Origin: Clostridia bacterium 41_269
GTDB lineage: Bacteria > Bacillota > DTU086
Direction: 5' to 3'
DNA length: 64,000 bases
Assembly (NCBI GenBank): GCA_001508005.1
Contig: LGEZ01000006.1
Span: forward strand, 14,179 to 78,178
Part shown: positions 1 through 11,240 of the stretch, piece after piece
Position numbering within the stretch: the first letter of the stretch is position 1
Layout: each line of letters begins with the position of its first letter
Notes under the pieces: generated by a model
What the model was told of the DNA's origin: nothing
Database searches by the model: none
The model's input: the letters and a program-made list of their open reading frames with translations, nothing else
Made by a program: the position numbers and the translations under genes

Positions 1-2960
1 TGTAAATTACAATTTAACTTTTGGGCAATGGCTTCAATTAATTCCATTTCAGCATTGCTGATTCTCTTTCCATCACAAAGGATAAGGGGATTTTGTGCTT
101 TAATGAATCGAAGTGCAAAGGACATTATCTTTTCTGGTTTAGTTAAAAATCTTTTTAAAATGTTTTGCATATCTTCTAAACTATCCCTATCCCTTTCTTT
201 TGTAAATTCAGATATCAGTTTGATCAGTTTCAGCAGTTCAAAAACTTTTTTCGGACTAATATGGAGGGTTAACGCTGCTGTATTATCAAATCTGGTAGGT
301 TTGCTGTTTATAATCCCTATTTCACTCTTCCCATCCCTAACAGCCCTTCTCAGGATATTACCTAAAACTGGATAATCCAAAGACGGATCTATATTCAATA
401 ACAGAATAAAATCATTTGCTCCTATATCTTTAAATCTGGATAAATTTGGAGACTGAATTAAAGCTTTTGTCCCTTCAGAATCAGGAGAAAGAATACCAAT
501 ATTATCTGTTTTCAGTACTGTCCTGCATAATTTTAAGGCCGCAAAAGCATCTTCATTGGTTATTTTTGGTGAAATAAGACAGGCAATTTCATTCTGAGGT
601 TCACTATCTTTAATAAAACGGGAAAGACCCCAGACTGCTCTTTTATATGCATTCTCCCAAGAAGTTTTCACCAATGATCCATTAACCTTTACCAAAGGAT
701 CTGAAAGGCGCTTCCCAAACCTATTATATACGGTGTATCCAAAGGCTCCTTTAAAACACAAATTCCCTCTATTAATTTCACTATCTATGGGTGCCGTTAC
801 TTTTACCACTCCATATTTTGTGGTATTCAGCTCAATATCGCAGGCTATACTGCAGTGGGGACATACCGAAGCCGTTTTTTGGACACTCCACGGCCCTGGT
901 TTGGGCATTGACACCTTTATTAAAAGAGCTCCTGTGGGACAAACAGATACACACTGACCGCAGAACTCACACTGGGTTTTTGAAAGAGGCAGTTCTAGGG
1001 ATGGTTTAATAACGGTTTTAAGCCCTCTATTGACATAACCCAAGGCACCTACTCCTTGAACTTCCTGACAGATTCTCACACAGCTGCCGCACAATATGCA
1101 TTTGCCTGGATCTCTTAAAATATATTCATTATCATTAAGCAGCGGGTTATATTCTGCAATATTCAATAATTGGTTATTCTCAACCTTATATAGAGATGCC
1201 AATTCCCTGAGCCTGCACTCAAAGCCTTCACTGCATCCGCAGGAAAGACAGCGCTCTGCTTCCTTCACTGCCTGTTTTTCAGTAAAACCTTCCACTATTT
1301 CATCAAAATTGGTAATCCTTCTTTCGACTGACAGAACAGCTTCTTTCTGCCTTGGCTTTTTGGGAATATCTTTAAACTCTTCAGGATCTATTTCTTCAAG
1401 CCTGCCTTTACTGCAGTTGTAAGGCTTGGGTTCCGGAATTACAGCTTCACCCCTCAAGTATTTATCCACTGCCAGAGCAGCTTTTTTCCCGCATCCTATG
1501 GCTTCAACAACAGTACTTGGGCCTGTTACACAGTCGCCAGCAGCAAAAACCCATTCCACAGAAGTTCTAAATGTTTCCGGTTCCACCTCAATAAGTCCCC
1601 AGCGGCTTATCTTTATTTCAGGACTGCCCTTTAAGCTTTCAGCTTCCATGATCTGTCCCACTGCCATAATAACTGTGTCAGCCTCTATTGAAAACTCTGA
1701 ACCTTCAATGGGAACAGGTCTTCTTCTGCCGCTTGCATCAGGCTCCCTCAGTTCCATACGTATGCACTCCACTGCTTCCAATTTTCGGTCGCAGATAATA
1801 TTCACTGGACTGGCAAGAAAAATAAATTTTACCCCTTCTTCTTTAGCTTCAGCTACTTCCCTCGGTTCCGCAGGCATTTCCTTTTCTGTTCTTCTGTATA
1901 CAACTATAACTTCTTTAGCCCCCATCCTTACGGCAGTCCTCGCTACATCCATTGCTGTATTTCCGCCGCCGATAACCACCACTTTTTCCCCTAAGGAAAT
2001 ATCCCTACCGTAGGCAACGGATTTCAGAAACTCTACACCTGAATAAACTCCTGGTTTATCAATTCCTTCCATAGAAAGCCTTTGTTCTGCTTGACATCCT
2101 ATGGATAAAAAAACAGCATCAAAGCCCTGTTCTTTTAAGCTTTGAGGATTAAAATCCCTTCCCATTTTCATTCCGCATTTTGCTTCTATACCAAGTTGTA
2201 AAATATGTTCTATTTCTTTATCCAGAACTTCCTTGGGAAGCCTGTATTGGGGGATGCCGTAACGCATCATACCCCCCAATTCCTGCTCCGCTTCAAAAAC
2301 AACAACTCTGTGCCCTTTCCTGCGCAGATAGTAGGCTGCAGTTAAGCCTGCAGGACCTCCTCCTACCACCGCAACCCTTTTCCCCGTATCTGGTAGAATG
2401 TTTAATATGTGGGAATTATTATTTTTTAGGGCTTCATCCCCAGCAAAACGCTTAAGAAGGCAGATGGAAACAGGCTCATCAACTAACTGCCTGCGGCATT
2501 CCTTTTCACAAAATTTCGGACATATCCTTCCCACAGATGAAGGAAAAGGAAGATCTTCTCTTATCAGCTCAGCTGCTTCAACATAAGCACCGTTTGCAAT
2601 ATGGGCTATGAAACCTTGAATATCTATTCCAGCAGGACATGCATTGCGGCAGGGCGCTGTGCAGTCACCGTAATGATTGGAAAGAATAAGCTCAAGAGCT
2701 GTTTTCCTAATTTCAAAAAGGGTACTGCTGTTTGTTCTTACAACCATACCCTCTGACACTTCTGTTGAACAGGCTGTTACAGGCTTGGGATAATTATCTA
2801 TTTCTACAAAACATAGGCGGCAAGCACCGTAGGGTTCAATTCTGGGATCATAACAAAGGCTGGGAATATCAATCCCTACTTTTCTTGCAGCTTCAATAAT
2901 TGTGATTCCTTTTTCCACTGTAACTTCTATTCCATCAATCGTTAAATTTACTGTCTCCAT
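1..2960 (-). CDS. Multidomain oxidoreductase subunit (2Fe-2S ferredoxin-like, GltD/NfnB-like FAD/NAD(P)H domain, 4Fe-4S clusters, NuoG/Fdh-like molybdopterin-oxidoreductase domain); C-terminus lies outside the window
   Basis: Absent from the ORF track because it runs off the edge. The minus frame is open from the ATG at 2960 to base 1, and ATGGAGACAGTAA overlaps the upstream stop. My translation gives [13 protein letters not shown]...[27 protein letters not shown] and [12 protein letters not shown] (two Rossmann motifs), [23 protein letters not shown], then CPHCSIAC...NRGNLCFKG. Confidence 0.75.
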   Translation of the reverse strand, partial: METVNLTIDGIEVTVEKGITIIEAARKVGIDIPSLCYDPRIEPYGACRLCFVEIDNYPKPVTACSTEVSEGMVVRTNSSTLFEIRKTALELILSNHYGDCTAPCRNACPAGIDIQGFIAHIANGAYVEAAELIREDLPFPSSVGRICPKFCEKECRRQLVDEPVSICLLKRFAGDEALKNNNSHILNILPDTGKRVAVVGGGPAGLTAAYYLRRKGHRVVVFEAEQELGGMMRYGIPQYRLPKEVLDKEIEHILQLGIEAKCGMKMGRDFNPQSLKEQGFDAVFLSIGCQAEQRLSMEGIDKPGVYSGVEFLKSVAYGRDISLGEKVVVIGGGNTAMDVARTAVRMGAKEVIVVYRRTEKEMPAEPREVAEAKEEGVKFIFLASPVNIICDRKLEAVECIRMELREPDASGRRRPVPIEGSEFSIEADTVIMAVGQIMEAESLKGSPEIKISRWGLIEVEPETFRTSVEWVFAAGDCVTGPSTVVEAIGCGKKAALAVDKYLRGEAVIPEPKPYNCSKGRLEEIDPEEFKDIPKKPRQKEAVLSVERRITNFDEIVEGFTEKQAVKEAERCLSCGCSEGFECRLRELASLYKVENNQLLNIAEYNPLLNDNEYILRDPGKCILCGSCVRICQEVQGVGALGYVNRGLKTVIKPSLELPLSKTQCEFCGQCVSVCPTGALLIKVSMPKPGPWSVQKTASVCPHCSIACDIELNTTKYGVVKVTAPIDSEINRGNLCFKGAFGYTVYNRFGKRLSDPLVKVNGSLVKTSWENAYKRAVWGLSRFIKDSEPQNEIACLISPKITNEDAFAALKLCRTVLKTDNIGILSPDSEGTKALIQSPNLSRFKDIGANDFILLLNIDPSLDYPVLGNILRRAVRDGKSEIGIINSKPTRFDNTAALTLHISPKKVFELLKLIKLISEFTKERDRDSLEDMQNILKRFLTKPEKIMSFALRFIKAQNPLILCDGKRISNAEMELIEAIAQKLNCNL

Positions 2961-4765
2961 GAGCTTCCCTCCCCCCCGTTAAGCCCTGCTGGCATTCCTT
3001 TCGAGACAGTTTCCACTGCATCAAACCTGCAGGTTTCTGAACATATACCACACTTAATGCATTTCTTAATATTTATCCTATACGGATGATTTTTTTCTCC
3101 TTCTACAGCATTAGCAGGACATTTTTTAGCACAAAGCCCACATCCAATACATTTTTCAGCACTAATTCTGTACTCGATAAGCTCTATGCACTTACCGGCA
3201 GGACATCTTTTTTCATAAACATGGGCTTCATATTCTTCCCGAAAATATTTCAATGTTGTTAGAACTGGATTGGGAGCTGTCTGCCCCAATCCGCAGAGAG
3301 AACCCTTTATTATTTTCTCTCCTAAATCTTGAAGTCTTTCTAAATCCCCGGGCTCTCCTTGTCCGCTGCATATTCTGTCCAATATTTTAAGCATCTGATA
3401 TGTTCCTATCCTGCAAAAAGTACACTTTCCACAGGATTCACTGGTTGTAAACTTTAAAAAAAAGCGGGCAACATCAACCATACATGTATCCTCATCCATT
3501 ACTATAAGTCCCCCGGAACCCATTATAGCTCCTGCGCTTTTTAAAGCTTCATAATCAACCGTTATATCTGCCATACTTGCAGGAATGCAGCCCCCGGAAG
3601 GACCTCCAGTTTGTACGGCTTTAAAAGCTTTTTGTGTGGAAATTCCACCACCTATATCAAATACTATTTCTCTAATGGTTGTACCCATGGGTACCTCAAT
3701 TAAGCCCCCTCGCTTTACCTTTCCTGCAAGGGCAAATATTTTAGTTCCCTTACTCTTTTCTGTACCGCAGGAACTGAAAACATCAGCACCCTCGGAAAGA
3801 ATTCTTGCAGCTGCAGCCAAAGTTTCCACATTATTGATGCAGGTAGGTTTCCCCCACAACCCTTTTTGAGCAGGAAACGGAGGTTTAAAACGGGGCATCC
3901 CCCTATGGCCCTCTATGCTGGCCATAAGGGCTGTCTCCTCACCACATACAAAAGCTCCTGCTCCTTCACGAATCTCTACGTCAAATGTGAAATTTCCATT
4001 AAATATACCCTTTCCCAGAAATCCTTTTTTGCGTGCCTGTTCAATGGCTATTCTGAGCCTTTTTATGGCAAGGGGATATTCAGCACGAATATAAACATAC
4101 CCCTTTTCTGCTCCAATGGCATATGCAGCTATGGCCATTCCCTCTAACACACTATGGGGATCGCTTTCCAGCACACTTCTATCCATAAAAGCTCCCGGAT
4201 CTCCTTCATCAGCGTTGCATATTATATATTTTGGTGTACCATGGGCTTCACGGGTAAGCTTCCATTTAATATGGGTTGGAAAGCCGGCACCACCACGACC
4301 CCTCAGTCCCGCTTTCTCGATTTCCAATATAACATCAGCAGGAGTCATAGCAACGGCTTTTTCTAAGCCTTTATACCCTCCTGCTTCAAGGTAGCTGTTT
4401 ATATTTTCAGGATCAATTTTTCCGCTGTTTTTCAGAAGTATCCGGTGCTGTTTTTTGAGGTATTTACTTTCTTCTGTTTCAAAAGTGCTGGAATAAACAA
4501 TCCATTCTTTTATGGGATTTCCCTGCAGTATATGTTCTTTTACTATCCTTTCTGCCTTTTTTACATCAACACTGCCATAGATAAAGGTACCGGTTTCGTC
4601 ATTAATCTCAACAAGGGGTTCTTTAAAGCACATTCCAATGCAGCCTGTTTTCATAAGCTTAGTCTTTTCTTTTGGCAGATTAGATTCTAAATAATCAAAA
4701 ACTTTACTTGCTCCTGCTGCAATACCGCAGCTTGCCAAACCAACTTTTATTGTTTTTAGGTACAT
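2948..4765 (-). CDS. NuoF/HydB-like NADH-binding flavoprotein subunit (FMN, 4Fe-4S; N-terminal thioredoxin-like 2Fe-2S region; C-terminal 2x[4Fe-4S] ferredoxin)
   Basis: 605-aa ORF with [21 protein letters not shown], and C-terminal [12 protein letters not shown] and [11 protein letters not shown]. The stop overlaps the start of the downstream fusion gene. Confidence 0.9.
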   Translation of the reverse strand: MYLKTIKVGLASCGIAAGASKVFDYLESNLPKEKTKLMKTGCIGMCFKEPLVEINDETGTFIYGSVDVKKAERIVKEHILQGNPIKEWIVYSSTFETEESKYLKKQHRILLKNSGKIDPENINSYLEAGGYKGLEKAVAMTPADVILEIEKAGLRGRGGAGFPTHIKWKLTREAHGTPKYIICNADEGDPGAFMDRSVLESDPHSVLEGMAIAAYAIGAEKGYVYIRAEYPLAIKRLRIAIEQARKKGFLGKGIFNGNFTFDVEIREGAGAFVCGEETALMASIEGHRGMPRFKPPFPAQKGLWGKPTCINNVETLAAAARILSEGADVFSSCGTEKSKGTKIFALAGKVKRGGLIEVPMGTTIREIVFDIGGGISTQKAFKAVQTGGPSGGCIPASMADITVDYEALKSAGAIMGSGGLIVMDEDTCMVDVARFFLKFTTSESCGKCTFCRIGTYQMLKILDRICSGQGEPGDLERLQDLGEKIIKGSLCGLGQTAPNPVLTTLKYFREEYEAHVYEKRCPAGKCIELIEYRISAEKCIGCGLCAKKCPANAVEGEKNHPYRINIKKCIKCGICSETCRFDAVETVSKGMPAGLNGGEGSSWRQ

Positions 4766-4804
4766 TTCTCACTCTCCCCTTACTCCATGCAGAAAATAAA
4801 TAGG

Positions 4805-5299
4805 CTAATCTCTTGGCATCTTTTTTATTTCCTTTATAAGCTCCTTTGCTTTTTCCTGAGTCATCCTACCATGGGTTTCTCCATTAACCGTTATGACAGG
4901 AGCCAAACTGCAGCAGCCCAAACAGGCAACCTTTTCCACGGTAATTTTCCCGTCTGGGCCGGTTTCACCTTCAGTAATACCAGCAGCTCGACAAAGGGCA
5001 CTTGCAATCTCGTCAGCTCCAGCAAGATGACAGGCAGTTCCATGGCATACCTGAATCAGCACTTCGCCAATGGGCTTTAAGCGGAATTGTGAATAAAAAG
5101 TTACAATTCCAAAAAGATCGCTTGAATTAATGCCGGTTAATTGAGAAATCCTATAAAGGGCGAATTTTGGTATATATCCCAATTCCTTTTGAATGTCCTG
5201 CAGAATTGGAATGGCAGCACCGCGTTTATCAGCATGCCTTTTTACAATAGAATCAATTTTATCTTCTATTTTTACAGAGGCAGCCCTTTTTTCTTCCAT
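4805..5299 (-). CDS. NuoE/HydC-like thioredoxin-fold 2Fe-2S subunit
   Basis: 164 aa with the CHGTACHLAG ... CLGCCSLAPV cluster motifs typical of 24-kDa-type subunits. It lies directly upstream of the NuoF-like gene. Confidence 0.9.
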   Translation of the reverse strand: MEEKRAASVKIEDKIDSIVKRHADKRGAAIPILQDIQKELGYIPKFALYRISQLTGINSSDLFGIVTFYSQFRLKPIGEVLIQVCHGTACHLAGADEIASALCRAAGITEGETGPDGKITVEKVACLGCCSLAPVITVNGETHGRMTQEKAKELIKEIKKMPRD

Positions 5300-5301
5300 G
5301 G

Positions 5302-5595
5302 TTAAGCACCACCCAAAAGAGATTCAATATCATAAAGGGATAAACATCTTTTATCCTGTAAAGCTACAAATTTTAATACCTCTACCTTTGTAATCCAGGA
5401 AAGATTTTCTATACTGCGTGCCAATTCATCAATGCTGCCGCTGGTTTCTATCATCACTACAAGGTCATACTTACCCACAACGGGGTCCACAAAGTCCACC
5501 TCAAATTTCTTTTCCAGTTCAGACACTGCTTCAATAAAAGCGTCTTTATCCAGGGTATCTGAAACTTTAATTAAAAGATAAGCCCTTGAAGCCAT
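5302..5595 (-). CDS. Small stand-alone Lrp/AsnC ligand-binding (RAM)-like domain protein
   Basis: 97 aa (ASRAYLLIKV...YDLVVMIETSG...) with a beta-alpha-beta-beta-alpha-beta-like pattern. Its stop is 2 nt from the nuoE-like ATG, so it is probably the first gene of that operon. Confidence 0.45.
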   Translation of the reverse strand: MASRAYLLIKVSDTLDKDAFIEAVSELEKKFEVDFVDPVVGKYDLVVMIETSGSIDELARSIENLSWITKVEVLKFVALQDKRCLSLYDIESLLGGA

Positions 5596-5633
5596 CCATT
5601 TTCAACCCCCATGTCATATAAATTAAGTTTATT

Positions 5634-6614
5634 TTAGCTTTTATAATTTGATCCTGCAAGAATCCTTACAGCCAACAATGCTATCCCCACTGCATTATCA
5701 GTGCTGTAGCAGGGCTCACAAAAATGCAGCTTTGCACCAACAGCTTTGTGCTCAAGCCTTTTCTTTAAAAAACTCCTTATAAATTGATTTGCCATAACAC
5801 CACCTATAAAAAGAACATCTTTAATTTCATAATTCTCTACTGCACGTCTCACTATCTTTTCTATGGTTTTTGCTATACAGATCTCAACAGCTCTGGCTAT
5901 GGAAGGAAAATGCTCTCCTTTATTAATCAAACGCTGAGCAAAGGACTCAGGTCCAGAAAAACTGAAGCTGTAGCCCTTTACAGAAGAAGGAATCCTCAAC
6001 TTCGAATCTTTACTGCAGAGCATTGCTAATTTTTCCAGTTCCGGTCCCGACGGAAAGCTCATACCCATGTTTACTCCAACTCTATCAATAAATTGGCCGG
6101 CATAAAGGTCTTCAGATTGACCCAAAATTTCGATTTGAAAACCTCCTGTTTTACAGCATTTTACCTTTAGGAGTTCTGAAGTACCTCCGGAAAAATGAAC
6201 TGCCAAAAAATCACTTTTGGGTACAAAACCTGAAGAATAAATACCTGCCATTAGATGTCCTTCCTGATGGCTTAAAGGTAAAAAAGGCACCTGCATTACA
6301 GATGCCAAAGATGTGCCCATTCCTTTAGAAACCAAAAAAACAGGCATATGGGAATCCTCTAAAGGACGAGGTTTTACGCTTGCTGCAATACCCACTACTT
6401 TTCTCCAATCAATAAATTCTTTTAATTTTAATATTAATTTGGGAAGATTCTCCACATGCTGTAGCACGCAGTCACTCTGTTTTAGCCCCTTTGAACCTTT
6501 AGGAACTTGTAAGGAAATTCTCTCATCAAAAACTATCTTTCCCTGTTCATTAGAAACAGCAGTGGATGTCGTATAACAGCTTGTATCAAACCCTACAAAA
6601 TAACCTCTCCTCAT
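5634..6614 (-). CDS. Kae1/TsaD (peptidase M22, ASKHA fold) family protein
   Basis: 326 aa with an N-terminal GFDTSCYTTS phosphate-1-like motif and an HQEGHL metal motif. The start overlaps the nusB stop. Confidence 0.6.
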   Translation of the reverse strand: MRRGYFVGFDTSCYTTSTAVSNEQGKIVFDERISLQVPKGSKGLKQSDCVLQHVENLPKLILKLKEFIDWRKVVGIAASVKPRPLEDSHMPVFLVSKGMGTSLASVMQVPFLPLSHQEGHLMAGIYSSGFVPKSDFLAVHFSGGTSELLKVKCCKTGGFQIEILGQSEDLYAGQFIDRVGVNMGMSFPSGPELEKLAMLCSKDSKLRIPSSVKGYSFSFSGPESFAQRLINKGEHFPSIARAVEICIAKTIEKIVRRAVENYEIKDVLFIGGVMANQFIRSFLKKRLEHKAVGAKLHFCEPCYSTDNAVGIALLAVRILAGSNYKS

Positions 6615-7039
6615 TAATTCTTCTTTTTGTTTCCCTCCTTCTCAAGCTCCCTCTTAACACTATCAAGAATTCCGTTTATAAAAGCAGCTGCTTTTTCGGT
6701 ACTGTATTTTTTTGCTAATTCCACAGCCTCATCAATGGATACTTTATAAGGTATATCCGCCCCATAAAGCATTTCACAAATTGCAATTCTTAAAATATTT
6801 CTATCTACATTCGCCAATCTTTCCATTTTCCACCCTATAGAATATTTGGAAATATAAGAATCAATTTTATCTCTATTTTCCCAGGTAGTATAAGCTAGCC
6901 ATTTAGCAAATTCCCTTATTCGGAAGTCTGAACCATTATAAGTAAAAACATTTTCAAGGGCTTTTTCAATCTCAATTTCGGATATGTCTGCTTGATACAA
7001 AGCCATAAGCGCTTTTTCCCTGGATTTTCTTCTCTTCAC
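6614..7039 (-). CDS. nusB: Transcription antitermination factor NusB
   Basis: 141 aa: SREKALMALYQ..., NVDRNILRIAICEMLY, AAAFINGILD. GTG start after GGAAGGAG. Confidence 0.9.
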   Translation of the reverse strand: MKRRKSREKALMALYQADISEIEIEKALENVFTYNGSDFRIREFAKWLAYTTWENRDKIDSYISKYSIGWKMERLANVDRNILRIAICEMLYGADIPYKVSIDEAVELAKKYSTEKAAAFINGILDSVKRELEKEGNKKKN

Positions 7040-7140
7040 AACTTATACTCCTTCCAATCACAAAGACTCCAAATTTATTTATTCTCCTTAAGCCCTTTAA
7101 TAATACTTTAATAATACCACACATAATTAAAACAAATACA

Positions 7141-7182
7141 GGCCCTGGATACAGACTTGTATTTTTGTGCAAACCCAGGGCC
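7141..7182 (-). terminator. Possible intrinsic terminator after asp23
   Basis: GGCCCTGG/CCAGGGCC 8-bp stem followed by a T-rich tract (CTGTATTTGTTTTAATT). The loop is long (26 nt). Confidence 0.35.
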
Positions 7183-7204
7183 GCAAATTTTATCATTCTA
7201 TAAT

Positions 7205-7630
7205 TTAATTAACTGTACTTTCTACTTTTAAGTCTTTATTGTCATTTCCATTCCCTTGATCATTTTCCTCTTTATCCTTTTGGAGCAGCACTCCTTCAAC
7301 ATGAACATTTACTTCCCCAACTTTTAATCCTGTTATCTGTTCCACTGCGTTTTTAACCTTCTGCTGAACTTTAAATGCCACTTCCGGAATCTTTACCCCA
7401 AAATAAACTATAATATGAATATTTAAATATGCTACAGTACCGCTTAATTCCACTTTTACTCCTTTGGAAAGATACTTAAACCCCAGGAGTTCAGCTATGC
7501 CTCCAGCAATACCGCCGCTCATTCCTGCAACACCATCTACTGCCGTAGCAGCCAGTCCAGCAACCACAGCCACAACTTCCGGAGAAATTTTTATTGCACC
7601 CTTTTCATTTTTCAAAATTTCATTACCCAT
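7205..7630 (-). CDS. Asp23/Gls24 family envelope stress protein
   Basis: 141 aa: IKISPEVVAVVAGLAATAVDGVAGM. Same position as B. subtilis yqhY, between accC and nusB. Confidence 0.85.
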   Translation of the reverse strand: MGNEILKNEKGAIKISPEVVAVVAGLAATAVDGVAGMSGGIAGGIAELLGFKYLSKGVKVELSGTVAYLNIHIIVYFGVKIPEVAFKVQQKVKNAVEQITGLKVGEVNVHVEGVLLQKDKEENDQGNGNDNKDLKVESTVN

Positions 7631-7671
7631 TAATTAAACCTCCAGTTTTCATCAACTGCTGTGTTAGATCC

Positions 7672-9021
7672 TTAATTTCCTGTCAAGCGTCTTTGAATAA
7701 AGTTAGTATAAACTTCGCCCCGTTTGAAATAAACATTATCCAAAACTTTTAAATGGAATGGAATTGTAGTTTTTATTCCCTGAATTATATACTCCTTTAA
7801 AGCGCTTTTCATTCTTTGTATAGCTTCTTCTCTGGTAGGAGCCCAAACAATTAATTTTCCAATTAAAGAATCATAATAGGGCGGTATTTCATAACCTGCA
7901 AAAACAGCGCTATCAACTCTAACACCATTTCCTCCAGGAGCATGATACTTTTGTATCTTTCCAGGAGAAGGCTTAAAATCGTTTTCCGGATCTTCAGCAT
8001 TTATTCTGCATTCAATGGACCAACCTCTTATACTGACATCTTCCTGGGTAAAAGACAATTTTTCTCCACTGGCTATCCTAATCTGTTCTTTAACCAAATC
8101 AATACCGGTAACCATTTCCGTCACAGGGTGTTCAACTTGGATTCTTGTATTCATTTCCATGAAATAGAAATTTCCATTTTTATCCAAAAGAAATTCTACT
8201 GTTCCAGCACTGTAATAATCCACAGCCTTCGCAGCTTTAACAGCCGCCTCCCCCATACGGGTACGGAGCTCTTCATTAACTGCCGGTGAAGGTGCCTCCT
8301 CCAAGAGCTTTTGATTCCTTCTCTGAAGGGAACAATCCCTTTCACCTAAATGCACAACATTTCCATAGGTATCTCCAATAATTTGGACTTCAACATGTCT
8401 GGGTTCTTCAATATATTTTTCTATATAAAGCTGAGGGTTGCCAAATGCAGATTCTGCTTCCCTTTGAGCCGTTTGGAAATTCTTTATAAGCTCACTTTCG
8501 CTATAAGCTACCCTCATTCCCCGGCCTCCGCCACCGGCTGTAGCTTTTATCATAACAGGATAGCCCAGTTTATCAGCGATCAAAGCAGCCTCTTTAGAAT
8601 TGGAAACTATCCCCTCTGAACCTGGAACTACGGGAACCCCTGCCTGCTTTACAGTTTCCCTAGCTTTTGCTTTTTCTCCCATGAGTTCAATGGTCTTAGG
8701 TGAAGGACCAATAAAAACTATATCATTATCTGCACAGGCTTTTGCAAATTCTGAGTTTTCTGCAAGAAAACCATATCCTGGATGAATAGCTTCAGCTCCG
8801 CTGGCCTTTGCAGCCATTATAATGTTAGGTATATTTAAATAGCTTTTTATGGACTGACTTGGGCCGATGCAGATGGCTTCGTCAGCCAGCTGAACATGGA
8901 GTGCATCTTTATCAGCTGTAGAATAAACCGCCACAGTAGCTATATCTAACTCACGGCAGGCACGAATAATCCTTAATGCAATTTCTCCTCTATTGGCAAT
9001 CAATACCTTTTTAAACATCAA
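7672..9021 (-). CDS. accC: Biotin carboxylase (AccC / PycA type)
   Basis: 449 aa: [39 protein letters not shown]. Confidence 0.9.
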   Translation of the reverse strand: MMFKKVLIANRGEIALRIIRACRELDIATVAVYSTADKDALHVQLADEAICIGPSQSIKSYLNIPNIIMAAKASGAEAIHPGYGFLAENSEFAKACADNDIVFIGPSPKTIELMGEKAKARETVKQAGVPVVPGSEGIVSNSKEAALIADKLGYPVMIKATAGGGGRGMRVAYSESELIKNFQTAQREAESAFGNPQLYIEKYIEEPRHVEVQIIGDTYGNVVHLGERDCSLQRRNQKLLEEAPSPAVNEELRTRMGEAAVKAAKAVDYYSAGTVEFLLDKNGNFYFMEMNTRIQVEHPVTEMVTGIDLVKEQIRIASGEKLSFTQEDVSIRGWSIECRINAEDPENDFKPSPGKIQKYHAPGGNGVRVDSAVFAGYEIPPYYDSLIGKLIVWAPTREEAIQRMKSALKEYIIQGIKTTIPFHLKVLDNVYFKRGEVYTNFIQRRLTGN

Positions 9022-9024
9022 CCA

Positions 9025-10923
9025 CTACCCCTTTTTAATTTTAAATAATGGCTGTCCATATTCAACGGGCTGACCGTTTTCAACCAGAATAGCAACAACT
9101 TCACCATCGACTTCAGTTTCGATTTCGTTAAACAGCTTCATTGCTTCAATTATGCATAGGGTCTGACCTTTTTTCACTTTACTTCCTACTTCCACAAAGG
9201 GATCTGCATCGGGAGCAGGAGCTCTGTAAAAAGTTCCTACCATTGGGGCTTCAACTACAACAATATCCTCGCCTTCTTCTATTCCTTCTTTTTCAACTTT
9301 CTTTTCTTCATCACTTTCAGATACAGCTTGCTCTTTTTGTTCAATACTTAATACCTCTCCTTTTTCTTCGGCAAGAATCATTTTACCTCTTCTCACAACA
9401 AGACGCATTCCATCGCCCTCATAATTAAATTCCGTTGTACCCGTTTCATTAAGAACTTTCAGAAGCTCCTTGATGTCACTAATTCTCACATCGCCCACCT
9501 CCTGTTCTAAATCAGCAGCTTCATCTTCCGCAACATGCTCCCTGGTAGCAGCTACGGTTTGTTCAACTGCAAAGATCTTTTTCTTTTTCCTTCCCTCTTC
9601 GAAAAACTTTCTTGCCACCTGAGGGAATAGAGCATAAGAGATAACATCTTCTTCGCATGTTGCCAAGTCTTTAATCTCTTCCCTTGCTTTTTCCATTCCT
9701 GGCTCTAGAAGATCCGCTGGTCTTCCCTCGTATATCTCTTCATCCCCAATTATTTTTCTTCTAATTTCTTCATTAATTTTTCCAGGTGGTCTCCCATAGG
9801 CACCTCTTAAATAAGCTTTAACTTCTCCTGGAACAAGTTTATATCTCTCTCCAGTAAGAACATTTAAAACCGCCTGTGTACCTACAATCTGGCTTGTGGG
9901 AGTAACTAAAGGTGGATAACCTAAATCCTCCCTAACTCTTGGTATTTCTTTCAGTACTTCTTCCAACTTATCCGTAGCGTTTTGTTCTTTAAGCTGGTTC
10001 ACAAGGTTTGAAATCATTCCACCTGGAACTTGATGTTCAAACACCCACATATCTGTAATTCTGGTAACTCCACGCTGAAAACCATGTTTTTTCCTTATTT
10101 CTTCAAAATAGTTTGCCACTTCAAACAACTCGTGCAAATCCAAACCCGTTTCAAATTCACTTTCTTCAAGAGCTCTTACAACAGTTTCCACAGGTGGCTG
10201 CGATGAACCAAAAGCTAAAGGAACTGAAGCAGTATCAATACCATCAGCACCTGCTTCTATACCTTTTAGATAAGCACCAAAAGCAAGTCCCCCCACATAG
10301 TGGCTATGTAGATGTATGGGCACACTTAGTTTTTCTTTGAAGGGCTTAACCAGTTCCGCAGCTTTGTAAGGGGTTAAAAGTCCAGCCATATCTTTTATGC
10401 ATATGGAGTCAACCCCCATCTCCTGCAGCTGCATCGCTACATTTAGATAATGTTCCGTACTGTGAACAGGACTTACAGTATAAACTACTGCTCCCTGGAC
10501 ATGGGCTCCCTCTCTTTTTGCTACTTCAATGGATTTTTCCATGTTTCGCAGATCATTTAATGCATCAAAAATCCTAATAATATCTATTCCATTTTCGACA
10601 GCTTTGGCTACAAAACTCTCTACAACATCATCAGGATAATGCTGGTAACCTACCAGTGCCTGCCCTCTGAGAAGCATTTGAAGAGGCGTCTTTTTAGCAT
10701 ACTTTTTCAACAAACGCAGTCTTTCCCAGGGATCTTCATTAAGATAACGCATACAAACATCAAAAGTTGCTCCGCCCCAAGTTTCTAAAGAATAATAGCC
10801 CAGGGAATCCAATCTTTCAATTATTGGAAGCATATCGGACGTGGACATTCTTGTGGCCCAAAGGCTCTGATGGGCATCCCTTAATGTGGTATCAGTTATT
10901 TTTATTTTTTTAATTTTTTTCAT
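9025..10923 (-). CDS. Carboxyltransferase + biotin-carboxyl-carrier fusion (pyruvate carboxylase subunit B / oxaloacetate decarboxylase alpha-like)
   Basis: 632 aa with an N-terminal HMGL-like TIM domain ([12 protein letters not shown] ... HLHSHYVGG), an acidic linker, and a C-terminal biotinyl domain ([13 protein letters not shown]). Confidence 0.8.
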   Translation of the reverse strand: MKKIKKIKITDTTLRDAHQSLWATRMSTSDMLPIIERLDSLGYYSLETWGGATFDVCMRYLNEDPWERLRLLKKYAKKTPLQMLLRGQALVGYQHYPDDVVESFVAKAVENGIDIIRIFDALNDLRNMEKSIEVAKREGAHVQGAVVYTVSPVHSTEHYLNVAMQLQEMGVDSICIKDMAGLLTPYKAAELVKPFKEKLSVPIHLHSHYVGGLAFGAYLKGIEAGADGIDTASVPLAFGSSQPPVETVVRALEESEFETGLDLHELFEVANYFEEIRKKHGFQRGVTRITDMWVFEHQVPGGMISNLVNQLKEQNATDKLEEVLKEIPRVREDLGYPPLVTPTSQIVGTQAVLNVLTGERYKLVPGEVKAYLRGAYGRPPGKINEEIRRKIIGDEEIYEGRPADLLEPGMEKAREEIKDLATCEEDVISYALFPQVARKFFEEGRKKKKIFAVEQTVAATREHVAEDEAADLEQEVGDVRISDIKELLKVLNETGTTEFNYEGDGMRLVVRRGKMILAEEKGEVLSIEQKEQAVSESDEEKKVEKEGIEEGEDIVVVEAPMVGTFYRAPAPDADPFVEVGSKVKKGQTLCIIEAMKLFNEIETEVDGEVVAILVENGQPVEYGQPLFKIKKG

Positions 10924-11082
10924 TTTTATTACTACCCCCTTTCTGCTACCACCAATAAAAAAGAAAGAAAAAGCACTGACTAAATATATTAAGAAAGCCT
11001 CATTAAAAATATCATTAAGGGCTTAAAAGCCTGTTTTTTTTGTGCTCATCAAAGACTCAGCAAATATAAGCGCACTACGGAT

Positions 11083-11111
11083 ATTATATTAATCAAATTT
11101 TTTTTATGCAA
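11083..11111 (-). promoter_or_regulatory. Candidate sigmaA promoter for the carboxylase operon
   Basis: Minus strand reads TTGCAT, a 17-nt spacer, then TATAAT, about 160 nt upstream of the ATG at 10923. Confidence 0.4.
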
Positions 11112-11163
11112 GGGAATAAGAAAGTGTATACATAATATTTTACTTTTCAGGCAGAAAACTGCA

Positions 11164-11204
11164 TAAAAAAGCCAAAGCCTCCTGCTTGATGCCAAAGGCT
11201 TTGG
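11164..11204 (-). terminator. Intrinsic terminator after spoIIIAH
   Basis: CCAAAGCCT / AGGCTTTGG stem followed by CTTTTTTAT on the minus strand. Confidence 0.6.
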
Positions 11205-11240
11205 AATATATTGTTCCTACTTCCTAAACAAGTCTAAATT

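Noticed and set aside
28-2586. Series of plus-strand ORFs (28..375, 733..957, 791..1009, 1096..1422, 1426..2013, 2180..2455, 2398..2586)
   Set aside because: They are low-complexity, Ser/Leu/Phe-rich translations antisense to one continuous, motif-rich minus-strand frame (the GltD/molybdopterin fusion). They are shadow ORFs of an AT-rich coding strand.
6972-7196. 74-aa minus-strand ORF between asp23 and nusB
   Set aside because: It spans the putative asp23 terminator hairpin and the nusB RBS/start, and it overlaps nusB out of frame. It has no RBS or recognisable motif.
11026-11046. GGCTT-AA-AAGCC hairpin followed by T8 on the plus strand
   Set aside because: The stem is only 5 bp and there is no plus-strand gene upstream to terminate. 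It lies in the 5' leader of the minus-strand carboxylase operon.
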